From the NCBI GenBank assembly GCA_040285825.1, contig JAUPSS010000007.1, positions 1,528,624 to 1,592,623 on the forward strand: DNA of 64,000 nt. The letters run 5' to 3'. This DNA comes from Eukaryota sp. TZLM1-RC (lineage: Eukaryota; Protista; Metamonada: BaSk clade). Shown one piece after another: positions 11,349 to 25,200 of the stretch. Position 1 is the stretch's first letter. Every line of letters begins with the position of its first letter. The notes below the pieces were generated by a model that saw only the letters and a program-made list of their open reading frames with translations, had not been told where the DNA came from and ran no database searches. A program made the translations under genes and the position numbers.

Positions 11349-13330
11349 TGCTTAGAATAAATATTCCAGAAATACTATACTTGTTATTGAGAGGTTTATT
11401 ATTAAGTTTTTAATTTCATGGTTTTCTACTTTTGCCTGATCTTAATGACATCTATCATGTTTTGAAGTATAGCAAAAAACCCATATTTTTAACATATTTT
11501 CATCAACAGTTCGTATCAACAGACAATGCTGTGATAGAATGTAAGCGATACGACGAGACTGATAAGCTATTACATCAAGCTAAACAACAAAATCGAGAAA
11601 ACAACATAGAAATATTCATATTTTATTTCTATTTGTATTAACAGTTCGTTATCTGCATGAAAAATCAGATTGCGTTCATCTTGCAAGACCAAATTTAGAT
11701 TTTGAAAAAACAAACCATTGAAAAAAAGAGTCTAGTGAAGAGTTTTATGGATCAACATGTTGTGCTTCAGTAATTGATGTGAGCAATTGATTATTCATAC
11801 TTAATTTATCAAATAGATATGGACAGAAGTAAATCCATTCATTGCAACGTAGTCATTTCGACGTAATGTGCACGTTTTCAATGTCCATTGTGTAGGGAAA
11901 ACCATTGTGAAAACGATTGTGTTAACTGGTGGACAATGAATCCACCCATGATTGTTTTTGATCATCATTGTCTTTGACAAAGATCTTTTCACTACCTGAA
12001 GACATATCCCTATTTCAATCAACTTATTATTGTGCATACGAACGTTTGGAATTCAAAAACTACTGTCCCATGTTATTAACATCAATGTATACATGATTCT
12101 AAGGTATTGAATCGATACCTTTCGTTCTGTTGAATCTTTGTTGGTGATCAAAGTGTATGTTAACTTTGACTGTTGTAGTGCTCAATCCACCCTTTACTTT
12201 ACTCTACGTTACATACTTCCCATTACTCAAAACATTGCTTTTCTTTCCTTTTCTCATGATGATGTTGCTCTCTCCCTTGTCTTACTGACCACTTATCTCA
12301 CCTGTTTCCACCTAGATTTCCTTCTAGTGGATAAAATTCTATGTTTCACCACTTGAGTCACATACCCATCACTTTGACTTGTTTGTTTGTTTGAACAGCT
12401 TCTCTTCTCTTGCACGCCATTCGCGCTCCTCTCGCACTCACTTTCTATATTTCCTTGATTATCAACTCACTTTTCTCCTTCACTAAGAATCCAACGCTCG
12501 ACTGTTTTTTTAACTCGCACCTGGGAATCTTATTCAAACAATGCACTATTTATTTGATTTTTTTTGATTTGCTTTATTATTTACAATTAGTCTTTTCAAG
12601 TATTCCATCAATACCCTAAATGAACTTTGACTGTCGTTTATTCTTTATTCTCTTTTATTCAATTACAAAAGTACTTAGTCAAGTAGTTGTTGTATTCTCT
12701 CCCTGTAGATTGTTTTTCTTTTGTTTACTTATTTGTTAATAAGTTAATATGAATGAGGTCTATTTGTCAGTTTTCTTTTCAGAATTTGTGATTATTCACT
12801 AAATTGATTGTGTTTGTTTTGATTTATTGCACAATTTACTCTGTTAAATGTTAAATGTTTTTGCTGTTTCTAATTTTCAAATCAATTGTGACTTTTCTTT
12901 AGCCAGCAGTTTTTGTTACTAACCCAGGTCTATTAGTTTGTTCCTAGTCATGGTATAGCATATGAGTTTACTTAATTTTATCTCAATTTCTATCAATTTT
13001 TTTGGTTTTTTGTTCTATATTTCCAAAAGTTTTTTCTGGGTTTCCACCAATTATTGAGAGTAATTCTCTTTATTTAGAGTCTTTAACCAGCAATAAATAA
13101 ACGACTGAGTAATCATCAATCATTCAGTTTGTAACTGTTTGAAGTTGATTACGGTCAAGAAAGATCTGATTATGTGTGTCTGTAGAGTCCACATGTTTTT
13201 GGATCTTATGTTGTTTTAATATTTGCAACCATTTCATTTCAGGGTTTCTTTTTGACGTCAGCAAATTTGATTCAACTGTTTAAAATTTATTTTTATCAGT
13301 TCCTCCTAAATTTTACGCTGTTTTGTTTGT
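11349..13330 (+). repeat. ~2-kb diverged direct repeat, copy 1
   Basis: Colinear shared blocks with 17268-19316 (attccagaaata, caagaccaaatttagattttgaaa, gattattcactaaattgattgtg, gttgattacggtcaagaaa). Confidence 0.85.
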
Positions 13331-13659
13331 ATGGAAAATGAAATTGTTTCCCAAAAACAACTCAGATATCAAAGCAACAACTGTCACTCCATCAATCGTT
13401 TAAAAACCATATTGTTATGGCGAAAAAAATTTGAAGCATATCAGCGAGAGGGAGATTCCTCTACTGCCAGGGTACGAATTCTTCAAGTTGTAGTTAACTT
13501 CGAGGTTTTACTGTAGCAATGAGACTTGTAGCAGTTAGCTAGGGCGACGTTTAAAAAGACCAATTGTTGAATCTAAAACATACATGTTGATCACAACATA
13601 ATGTGATCACTCTGGTAGTGTTAAATCTGTCAACTTGGTGAACAATTTATTAATGGTAT

Positions 13660-15640
13660 TTATTTATTAATGATTGCACTGACAATAATACAGAACTAGA
13701 CTTAGGACCGTCTTCCAAAGAATTTTCAACTTCTTTGATGTTTGGCCAACTAAAATCAGTTTTTTTTTCTAGAATATTTTCACACAGAAAGGCAACTCCA
13801 GCGTGACCTGTCATTCATAGCTTACTTTAACCTTGGTTTTATCGATTTTATCGGTTGAACGAAAATCCAAGAGAAATCACGGACAAAGCTATTGTGCCAT
13901 GAATCATTTTTTCCTCATCTTCTATAGAAATAGAATCTGGTAACAGAACATTATTTTTATTGAAATTGAAAATCATGACGAAAATCTTGGACATACTTTG
14001 AGCAAAACAACACATGAACTTATTTCAGGGTTCTAATTAATATAACAATTGATACGATTTACTTCAGGGTCTTCACAACTGAAAATCCATTTGGTCAGCA
14101 ATATCTGTCTCAGAAATGGCAAATAAAATGGCACTCGTAGGAGGGGGATGTGGTTTTACATCATTGCTATGGAACAAAAGTCGAAACAATGGATGATTTT
14201 CCGGTTAAGCTAAATTCCTCAATGAACCCAGAACTCTCAATACAGAAGGCTTTTCGAAAAGTTGAACAGAATAATTGAATCGCTCATTTAACAGATCAAC
14301 AAAGGGTTGTTCTATACGTTTACCCTTATCATCATTGGATAATGAGTTGTTAATCAATAGCGTGTACAACTGACCAACAGTGGTTGACGTATCTGAAAAC
14401 GTATCTTGTACTTGGCAACAAAACATGATTAAAGTTGGTCAGTTTATAACTAACACCTTTCATTCTTGTTTCACTAGACTTTGGAGGCGAGACACACTAA
14501 GGTGCCAGCGTAAGATTACATTCAGATTCAAGGTCATCCAGCTTGGTGTCATCAACGACATCCGCAAGTTGAAGGGGCAATGCACAATCAGAAAGCTTGC
14601 AAAGGATGCCCCCCGGATCCCGTTCTAAAAGTTCACAATAACATGAGGAACTCCTGAGAGTAAGAAACGGTATTGCATCAACGCAACCTGCAGCTGCTTG
14701 CAAAACCTGCACCATTACCCTAACATTGCCGACAGATCCGCGAAGAAGAGACAAAATGTGGTCAATAAAAAAGTCTTTTTTTACCAAAATTCATATCCAT
14801 ACCTTTTCCTTTGTTAGGATCCTTGAATTTTATGTGTTTTCGTTGTTCCCAGTCTCCGATCCCAATAACTACTTGGCTTACTTGGACCACTTGGAATCAC
14901 CAATTACAGAATTGAATCACTGCATTTTTGGGTTGTGTACACACCAACTACAATTAATCGTTCAGTCAAATTAAACTCCAAAATGATACTCATAAAGGCA
15001 CTTGTAGGAGGGTGTGTGGTTTTACATCATTGCTATGCTGTTACAGATACTATCTGCACAGGAGAATGTAACAGTAGTTTTCGTGTATGAGAACGGTGTT
15101 GAAGTTGTCAAAGTATCTCAACAACACGCAAGATTTGTCTCTTCAAAACTGCGGTTTCTAACGGTGAACGTTGCTTTGACGTATTCCCTGTATTGTTCTG
15201 GACTTTTGGAACTTGAAGATTTTCCACATCTGAAATAGAATAATTGATCACAATGAGGTACAACGGAAGCACCTATGATTTCTATACACTCTACCGAGCA
15301 CGTATAGTCAGATGTTCCACATACATAATGGAAATAACACTGGATGTCAATCATTTCGACCATTTGTTGATACTTGGATTCAGGGTGTTGTTTTTCACTT
15401 TGAGTGGAGATTTTCTGCTTTAGTTCACCCGTATTTGGTCAACAAGAATTATCGGGTCCGTGGTAACTATTATCCCTGACATTCAGGAAAAGATAAGATG
15501 CGCTCTTGACCTCTTCAGAGAAGGATCTAAAGGGTTCAGGTGTGTTATGAAGTCCAAGGATATATTGGACCAAGCGAAGAACTCCCTTCAAACATTCATC
15601 CTTTCCAACTACATCTACTTCAAAGTCCAAAGCAGATGAT
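13660..15640 (-). pseudogene. Decayed coding-like region with internal duplication; product unknown
   Basis: Fragmented ORFs; block gcact..gtaggaggg..tgtggttttacatcattgctatg occurs at ~14130 and ~15000. Confidence 0.3.
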
Positions 15641-17267
15641 TTCAGTTAGTTATCATGGAGGCATGAATTTATGAATCCCATATCAAAGAATGATATGGTG
15701 TAGATTCGTTTTTACTGATTATTCTCCGCTCTGAGATCTGTCTAAATGGCTCTAAAACATCCACTTTTCCTACTAATTGAGAGAGTTTACATTGTAATTA
15801 TGTTGATGAAACAATAAATAAATGTTTATCATTGTATGAGTTTATACAACATTGTGTGAATACACACCAAATGTAATTCAAGACCAGTGGCAATAGTGTA
15901 ATGAATTTCTAGGTTGAGAAAAGGAGAACACTGGAATAACAAATTGATCACAAAGTTTTGAAGAAAAGAAAAGAAACTGCTTCTAACATCAATTGTGAAA
16001 TACATAAACCCATAATAAATATATATAAATTTTTTTAAAACATTTGGACATCAAATTGTTTGAATAGTAGAATGTGCTTTTGGCGACATGAATTTTCGTT
16101 TGTGATTTCAGTACATTTCGTGCAAACATTTTGCAATAATGTTCTGCTGCTATTGTGACTCGAGATTTCAATAGTTCTTCTGCTGTCAAGACCCACATTT
16201 CACATTGAACAATTCAAAAAGCAAAACGCATCCTCAACATTTTAATTTTCAATACAATGCAATACTGAACCAAAAACAGAAGTCTACCTCGGATAATGGT
16301 CTACTCAACTATTTGAACAACATTTTGACCGTCTGCAGAGCGATAAAAGGTACAAATTTGTGATGAGGAATGATATTAGGTGTAAATGATGCCTTAAGTC
16401 GGCGAATTACTATAAAGATGATTTGTTTTATTTTCAAAGGTGGCAAGAATGGTGTTTTGATTGCTAGCTGAACAAATTACACATCGAATCAAGCCAAGTC
16501 AATTGGATGTAGATTCTGTAAAATCCGAAAGTTCAAAATTGGAAAATATGAACTTTGGAACCACACCAAAAATTTTGTTTTCCAGCTTGAGCGACATTCT
16601 TTGGTCTTTCTTCTTTCGTTACTCAACTTTAAGATGAGTAAGTAACATGAAACACTACATATCCTTAGTGTCATGATTCTTGGGGGCACAAAGGTAGATT
16701 TCACGATTTCTTCCACAGCAGACTTGCTTAGCGGATTTTACATTTGTATACCGCAAACCTTTGTACCTATAGGGTATTTCAAGGGTTTCGTTTGACTCAA
16801 TCAATCTTTTGATGTCAATTTTTCATTGATTGAGTTGATGTCTACACCGCTGTACGCTTATCTTGATGTAGATTCTTTCGTTATACAGTTTCCCTGAATA
16901 GTTCTTTTCACTAAATACATCATCTTTACTGCTACGACCATTGTTTTGAAGACTGTCATTGCAATAGAAAATATAAATCATTCTTTTGTGTTCAATATCT
17001 GCCCTGGATCCCATAAACCTATACTTATTTTAGAACACCCTTTTTGATACTAAACTATAATATAATATGACTGTGTGTCAGGAAACTTAAATGTATATTT
17101 CAATTTAAAGTTTAGTGTTAAGTGTTCAGTGATTTCCTCATAAATTGATTTTTTTCCAAATACAGATTGAGCCAAACAATTTTAACACTACTTTTGTTCA
17201 TAGTTTTTTGCCTCAAAGAACCTATCTTATTGTAACTGTTTTGCAAAGAGGTATGATAAATCGCCTT

Positions 17268-19316
17268 TGTTTAGAATCCAAAATTCCAGAAATATTATAC
17301 TTTTAATTGAGAAGGTCATTTCAGTTTTTAATTCCATGGTTTTGCACTTTTACATAATCTTAATGACATCTATTATGCTTTAAAAGTTCAACAAAAATCC
17401 CATATTTCTTTAACTTATTTTATTTAGGAATTTTCTGAATAATCCGATATCCGTTAGAAAAATCAAATTGACTACATACAGAGAAATCTTACAAGACCAA
17501 ATTTAGATTTTGAAATAACAAAATGTTGAAACAAAGAGTCTAATGAGAGTTGTATGGATCAAAATGTTGTGTTTCAGTAATTGATGCGAGTAATTTATTA
17601 CTCCTATTTAATTAATCGAAATAATATTGAAAGAAGTGAATCAATTCGACGCAGCAAAGTCATTTCAATGATAAGTGCACGTTTTCAATGTTCATTGCGG
17701 AATGAGAACCATTGTGTCAACCGGTGGGCAATGATAGAACATTATCTGCCTAACTTTGAACTGATAAGAAATACTTTTCCCTCAAAACACAAACTAAGTT
17801 AGGTACAATTAACCAATCCATGTATCCATGGTATTCTTATTCTTCCTCGACCATCATTGACTTTGCCAAGGATCTTTTCATATCTTTACTTAAAACTACT
17901 AACTTTTGTGTCTACTGCCTACTGTCACACTGTTGTTAACATCAGTGTAGGCATAGACTATAAGATACTCTGTTAACTTTGACTGCTGTAGTGCTCAAAC
18001 CACCCTTCATCAGTTATACATTCTTTTACTTACTCTACGTTTCACACTTCACATTACTCAATTCATTGCTCAGTCTTGCCTTCTCTCACTAGTTTCCACC
18101 TAGATTTCCTTTTATTAAATCGATTCAATGTTTTACCACCTGAGTCACATACCTATCACTTTGACTTGTTTCTTTGTCTAACAGCTTCTCTCCTCTCGCA
18201 CTCCTCTCGCACTCATTTTCTATATTTCCTTGATTATCAACTCATTATTCGCCTTCACCAGCAATCGAACGCTCGACTATTGGTTTTTAGCTCGCAGGAT
18301 TCGACCCTCTACAAGACACAATTTGTTTGGTTCATTTGCCTTATTATCACATTATCATTATTTACAATTAGTCTTAGGCAAGAATTCCATTAATACCGAA
18401 TGAAATGAACTTTGACTTTCCTTTTTTCTTTATTCAAAACATTTGCTGAAAATTTGTATTTCATATTTGTTGTTGAATAAAAATAAAACAAATTGTCAAA
18501 AAAAATTTGCTGAAAAAAAAAATTAATTTTTTTGAATTTGTTTTGAATTGTTCTGCAGTTCAAGGCTTACAAACAATTCTGATTTATGTTTTTTATTCAT
18601 TTATAAAACTTTTTCATCAAGTTTTTGTTATATAATCTGCTCATTAAAGATTGTATTTCTGGTTCTTTTATTTACTTGTTGCTTGTTTAAGTTTGTCTGT
18701 AGTTAATTAAAGTTTGAGGTTTGACCCTATTTGTTAGTTGGTATTGCCAGTTTGGTATTCAGAATTTTTGATTATTCACTAAATTGATTGTGGTTTATTA
18801 CTACCCATTTTACTTTGTTAACTTTCAGTTATTTTGATGTGTCTGTTTCTTAAATCAATTGTGAATTTCCTTTAGCCAGCAGTTTTTGTCACCAATTCAT
18901 GTTCTTTAATTTGTTCTCAGTCATAATTTTTTACTTGATTTTATTGTCATTTTTTTTATTTTATTGCTATCTATTGATTTTGTTATTGTTACTGATTTAC
19001 AAACGTTTGATCAGAGTCTCCACCAAATATTGAGAGTAATTCTCTTCATTTAGGGTCTCTATTCTTAAGTACATCAACGACTGAATAATCATTAATCATT
19101 CAGTTTTTAACTGTTTGAGGTTGATTACGGTCAAGAAAAATCTGATTACATGTGTCTGTATAGTCTACATGTTTTTGGATCTTTGTAAGTTTAATACATG
19201 CAACAATTTTATTTATGAATTAAATTGAGGGTTTCTTATTTTACGTCAGAAAATTTGATTGGACTGTATTTTATTTTTATCAGTTTCTTCCTAAGGTCTA
19301 CGTTGTTTTGTTTGCC
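17268..19316 (+). repeat. ~2-kb diverged direct repeat, copy 2
   Basis: See copy 1; also carries a small lineage C tail insertion. Confidence 0.85.
18453..18504 (+). mobile_element. ~50-bp 3' tail insertion of lineage C with 12-bp TSD
   Basis: tgtatttcatatttgttgttgaataaaaataaa matches the lineage C 3' UTR (~32073-32105); flanked by atttgctgaaaa at 18441-18452 and 18505-18516. Confidence 0.75.
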
Positions 19317-19971
19317 AGGAATTATTTAGAAATATTCAATTTAATATATTCTCACAATTTTCATTTATTGTGTCAGTCTGCTTAGCATATTTATTTTTAT
19401 TTTTTTATTTTTTTAGCATATTTAGTCTTTGTTTCTGAAATGATGTATTAATCAACATTTTTGTTATTTACTCAAGCAAGCGTATACCAAAAAACTTTAT
19501 CGATCTTGATATGTGGACATTCTCTCAATCTTGACTTTGTCAAATACCAACAAGCTGAAGATTAGTTTTGCTCTACGTTTGTAATCTGGGATATGTTACA
19601 CCATATAAAAAACTTGGCCTGGGCATTTTTGATTTCAAGAATACGAGGATTAGTGAGATATTCACATTTTTTCCTCACAAACAGCACTTCTACCAAGAGT
19701 TTGAACTTAATTGGTCAATTTTTTTTGAACTTTGACTTTCAATGCAAACTATACAACTGTTACTCAGTTGATATATAATTGTATCAGTAGTGAAGTTTGA
19801 TGTGGAAATCTGATCAGTGCTTTGAAGTTGATCCACGATGTACGATGTTATTACCGCTTAACTCGTGTCTCGATGACTTGAGAGGATGAATGAACCTGAG
19901 AAAGAAGGAAACCAATTTCATTTCTCCTGTCTCGCAACACCAAAGCGACACTGTAGAATATCTGAATCAGG

Positions 19972-20740
19972 TTAAGCCACAAGAGGACCCTGCTGATACC
20001 CAAACACAAGTCCATAACGTTGGCTTGGGTTAATGGGTTGATGATACATTTGAATGGGAGAGTCTTCAGAGGGAAGTGGTGAACTCTCTGAATTATCTAG
20101 TGGATCGCTGATGGGAATAGAACAGCCTTTTTTGATTGTATGCATCCCAATGCCTTCAACGGAAATGATGTCTGTGCAACTGCATCTCATGTATCCATTG
20201 TCTTTTAAGACATCAATACTGACATCAGGAATCTTTTTTCATCAAATGCCTTGTCAACCCAGACCGCTTAGAGAACGGTTCAGTTCTGGGGCAGAGCGAG
20301 ATAAAGCAACAGAACTTTCTCTCTCTACGATTTTACAAATAGAATTTTGGACTAAATTTTCGACATCAGTAGAGACGGGATCATCCAAATTTTGGACTAA
20401 ATTTTCGACATCAGTAGAGAGGGGATCATCCAAATTTTGGTCTAAAATTTCGACATCAGCAGAGAGGGGATCATCAGAATTTTGGACTAAATTTTCGACA
20501 TCAGCAGAGAGGGGATCACCATAAATTTGATTAGAATTTTGGTGACTGACACAAAGGGACACAGGGCAAAAACCCCAGGATATCGATGCTTACATCAGGA
20601 TGCATTTTCTTCAAGTGTCTTGTCAACCCAGACCACTTAGAGAAGGGTTCAGTTTTGGGACAGAGCGACACAAAGCACTTGTTTACACCACTTTTTTCAC
20701 TTAAATTTTGAGAATAAGGGCAAAACCCTCTTCCCACCAC
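19972..20740 (-). pseudogene. Frameshifted zinc-finger coding region with duplicated C2H2-like module
   Basis: CFVSLCPKTEPFSKWSGLTRHLKKMH and a second copy CFISLCPRTEPFSKRSGLTRHL...MRCSC...GIGMH. Confidence 0.5.
20341..20520. repeat. Four 45-bp tandem repeats (15-aa DPLSADVENLVQNLD-like on minus strand)
   Basis: aattttggactaaattttcgacatcag(t/c)agaga(c/g)gggatcatcca x4. Confidence 0.92.
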
Positions 20741-21002
20741 AGTGGTTATTTGTAGCGTCCCGGAGTTCGCCAGATCTTAGTTGTCTTTGAAGTGTCTCTC
20801 CTGGCATTACGAATTGCCAGTGTAATTTCAGTATATTCATAATGCCAACTAAGGAAGGTTGTTCATTTTCAAATGTTGACCTTGTTTGAATATTACCCAT
20901 ATTCTAGATAGGCTGCATTAATTAGGACGCATTAATTCCCTTCCTTGCTTCAGTTTAGGATAATCGAGTTGGCGTTGTGTGAATCGCCCCTCTTCAATTG
21001 CA

Positions 21003-21332
21003 TCAAAAAAACGAGCATCCACTACACTTTTCAATATTCCTTCTACCAAAGTCTTGTGTTTTTTGTACATTTTTGGTCGATTCCACATTCACAACCATTT
21101 GAAAAAATGAATCGAAAGTAGGTTCAGAGGAAGGAATGGGGCAAAGTGACGGGGATTCATCAATGGCAGATTCTACATCAGAAGGGGGAAGTATGGACCT
21201 CGGTTGCTTGTTGTGAGGTTCTGAGGAAGGAACAAAATAACTTGTGCGGCGTACTGGCATTTGGGTAAACAAGATTGAACGCGCAGGGAAAATGGTGGTT
21301 TGGTAAATTGGTGCAGGGTAAATACGGTACAC
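21003..21332 (-). pseudogene. Pro/Ser-rich ORF, possibly the 5' part of the zinc-finger locus
   Basis: 109-codon ORF, higher GC, same strand as and upstream of 19972-20740. Confidence 0.3.
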
Positions 21333-21641
21333 GTGTTAACACTTGTACAATATACCGTTATTTTTATTTGATTAAACGGTAGGTAAATTTATTTTAATGG
21401 GAATCGACCTTCAAAATTCGCCATCTATAATAATTACAATTACAATTTGTTTTTTAAAACAAAAAATACAAAATGAATTTAGGAAAAATGTTGCAAATAA
21501 TGATTTGTTATTTTTGTGTTATTACCAGATTTTATAGGAAATTCATGAAATAAGGAAAAATAATATTACGAAAAACATCGATTTATAAGTCAAAACAATT
21601 ACAATACAATTCAAATGCAATTCATCTGGACAAACAACCAA

Positions 21642-22293
21642 CTAAATCTCTTGACTGACATAACCATCATTTTTTTCTGTTTCTTGACAAAAATCTTTCA
21701 TGGAGGTAAATAAACCGTTTTCTCCTCTTCTTCTATACACATCAGGATTAACAATCCATTTGTCAGAGGCAAGAAAATGGTCCATTTCAAATTCATCATG
21801 CATTGTGATGAAGTACTGTCGGTTCTTTCCTTCACCAGTGCATGTTACGAGCATTTTTGGTTGTTCTTGCTCCGAATGTGAACTTGCCATAAGACGTTCA
21901 CATGTTCTGCGTAAATGGTTTGATGAAAAGCCAGTTGATGTGAACGTCTTTTGGCGTGCCCGTTTTCGTGGCCGTTTTTCTGAATAAGGCACCTTTGTAG
22001 GAGGAAAAGTAGGTACAGTTGGTAATTTAGTAGGAAGAGAAGGTAGAGGTTGACATTGAGTTTTTTCACAGATGAAGGATTGGTTGCTTTTGCATGAAGA
22101 ACGACCATATGAAATGAATAAATTGATCCATAATTACAACTCTTGTAATGGCCATCATACTATCATCCACTCCAAAGAGACTGATGCGTCACCTTTTACA
22201 CTATGTCCTCAGACACGAAGAGATGTGGACTTTGCATGTACCGATATGTTTAACAAGCGCAGCTGATTTCTTTAACCCTGCCTGGCAACCCTG
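21642..22293 (-). pseudogene. Gene remnant truncated at its 5' side by the tandem array
   Basis: 116-aa ORF with open Pro-rich upstream frame; CKQGC...ALVKHI zinc-finger-like piece abuts the array start. Confidence 0.4.
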
Positions 22294-25200
22294 CTTACAG
22301 CAATGGTTTTATTAGTTTTCAACATTCAATTGTATACTTCATGGTTTTTTTATATTTTTACAATTTAATGTTTGAAAATTAATAAACTCAATTAATTCAA
22401 ATATATACAAAATCAATTGAAAATGTAATCATGAGTTTGTACTGATCAAGTAACACATAGCCAACATTACTCACACACAATTTCACACAAAGTTTGATCA
22501 CAAGTTGATCACATCTAGTACATAAGGACTACATGCAACTCATCTAATCATACCAATGACCATTCAACCAATCAAACCAATGACTACTCAAATGACCATA
22601 GCAAGGACTTTAACACCACAATTGTAATAATAATTGTCCCAAAATGGACTTTAAAGATTTGACCAACGATTGTAATAAACAACCATTGGCCAATATACGA
22701 AACTAGGAACTTCATATGAGCCTCAGTAAATCGTATCAAAAACGATACTCTTACACTTACAGCAATTGTTTTATTAGTTTACAACATTCAATTGTATACT
22801 TTTTGATTTTTTTTACTTTTTTTTACAAATTAATGTTTAAAAGTTAATAAACTCAATTAATTCAAATATATACAAAATCAATTGAAAATGTAATCATGAG
22901 TTTGTACTGATCAAGTAACACATAGCCAACATTACTCACACACAATTTCACACAAAGTTTGATCACAAGTTGATCACATCTAGTACATAAGGACTACATG
23001 CAACTCATCTAATCATACCAATGACCATTCAACCAATCAAACCAATGACTACTCAAATGACCATAGCAAGGACTTTAACACCACAATTGTAATAATAATT
23101 GTCCCAAAATGGACTTTAAAGATTTGACCAACGATTGTAATAAACAACCATTGGTCAATATACGAAACTAGGAACTTCATATGAGCCTCAGTAAATCGTA
23201 TCAAAAACGATACTCTTACACTTACAGCAATTGTTTTATTAGTTTACAACATTCAATTGTATACTTTTGATTTTTTTTACTTTTTTTTACAAATTAATGT
23301 TTAAAAGTTAATACACTCAATTAATTCAAATATATACAAAATCAATTGAAAATGTAATCATGAGTTTGTACTGATCAAGTAACACATAGCCAACATTACT
23401 CACACACAATTTCACACAAAGTTTGATCACAAGTTGATCACATCTAGTACATAAGGACTACATGCAACTCATCTAATCATACCAATGACCATTCAACCAA
23501 TCAAACCAATGACTACTCAAATGACCATGGCAAGGACTTTAACACCACAATTGTTATATTGATTGTCCCAAAATGGCCTTTAAAGATTTGACCAATGATT
23601 GTAATAAACAACCATTGGTCAATATACGAAACTAGGAACTTCATATGAGCCTCAGTAAATCGTATCAAAACGATACTCTTACACTTACAGCAATTGTTTT
23701 ATTAGTTTACAACATTCAATTGTATACTTTTTGATTTTTTTACTTTTTTTACAGTTTAATGTTTAAAAATTAATACACTCAATTATTTCAAATATATACA
23801 AAATCATTTGAAAATGTAATCATGAGTTTGTACTGATCAAGTAACACATAGCCAACATTACTCACACACAATTTCACACAAAGTTTGATCACAAGTTGAT
23901 CACATCTAGTACATAAGGACTACATGCAACTCATCTAATCATACCAATGACCATTCAACCAATCAAACCAATGACTACTCAAATGACCATAGCAAGGACT
24001 TTAACACCACAATTGTTATATTAATTGTCCCAAAATGGACTTTAAAGATTTGACCAATGATTGTAATAAACAACCATTGGTCAATATACGAAACTAGGAA
24101 CTTCATATGAGCCTCAGTAAATCGTATCAAAAACGATACTCTTACACTTACAGCAATTGTTTTATTAGTTTACAACATTCAATTGTATACTTTTTGATTT
24201 TTTTACTTTTTTTACAAATTAATGTTTAAAAATTAATACACTCAATTAATTCAAATATATACAAAATCATTTGAAAATGTAATCATGAGTTTGTACTGAT
24301 CAAGTAACACATAGCCAACATTACTCACACACAATTTCACACAAAGTTTGATCACAAGTTGATCACATCTAGTACATAAGGACTACATGCAACTCATCTA
24401 ATCATACCAATGACCATTCAACCAATCAAACCAATGACTACTCAAATGACCATGGCAAGGACTTTAACACCACAATTGTTATATTGATTGTCCCAAAATG
24501 GCCTTTAAAGATTTGACCAATGATTGTAATAAACAACCATTGGTCAATATACGAAACTAGGAACTTCATATGAGCCTCAGTAAATCGTATCAAAAACGAT
24601 ACTCTTACACTTACAGCAATTGTTTTATTAGTTTACAACATTCAATTGTATACTTTTTGATTTTTTTACTTTTTTTACAGTTTAATGTTTAAAAATTAAT
24701 ACACTCAATTATTTCAAATATATACAAAATCATTTGAAAATGTAATCATGAGTTTGTACTGATCAAGTAACACATAGCCAACATTACTCACACACAATTT
24801 CACACAAAGTTTGATCACAAGTTGATCACATCTAGTACATAAGGACTACATGCAACTCATCTAATCATACCAATGACCATTCAACCAATCAAACCAATGA
24901 CTACTCAAATGACCATAGCAAGGACTTTAACACCACAATTGTTATATTAATTGTCCCAAAATGGACTTTAAAGATTTGACCAATGATTGTAATAAACAAC
25001 CATTGGTCAATATACGAAACTAGGAACTTCATATGAGCCTCAGTAAATCGTATCAAAAACGATACTCTTACACTTACAGCAATTGTTTTATTAGTTTACA
25101 ACATTCAATTGTATACTTTTGATTTTTACTTTTTTACAAATTAATGTTTAAAAATTAATACACTCAATTAATTCAAATATATACAAAATCATTTGAAAAT

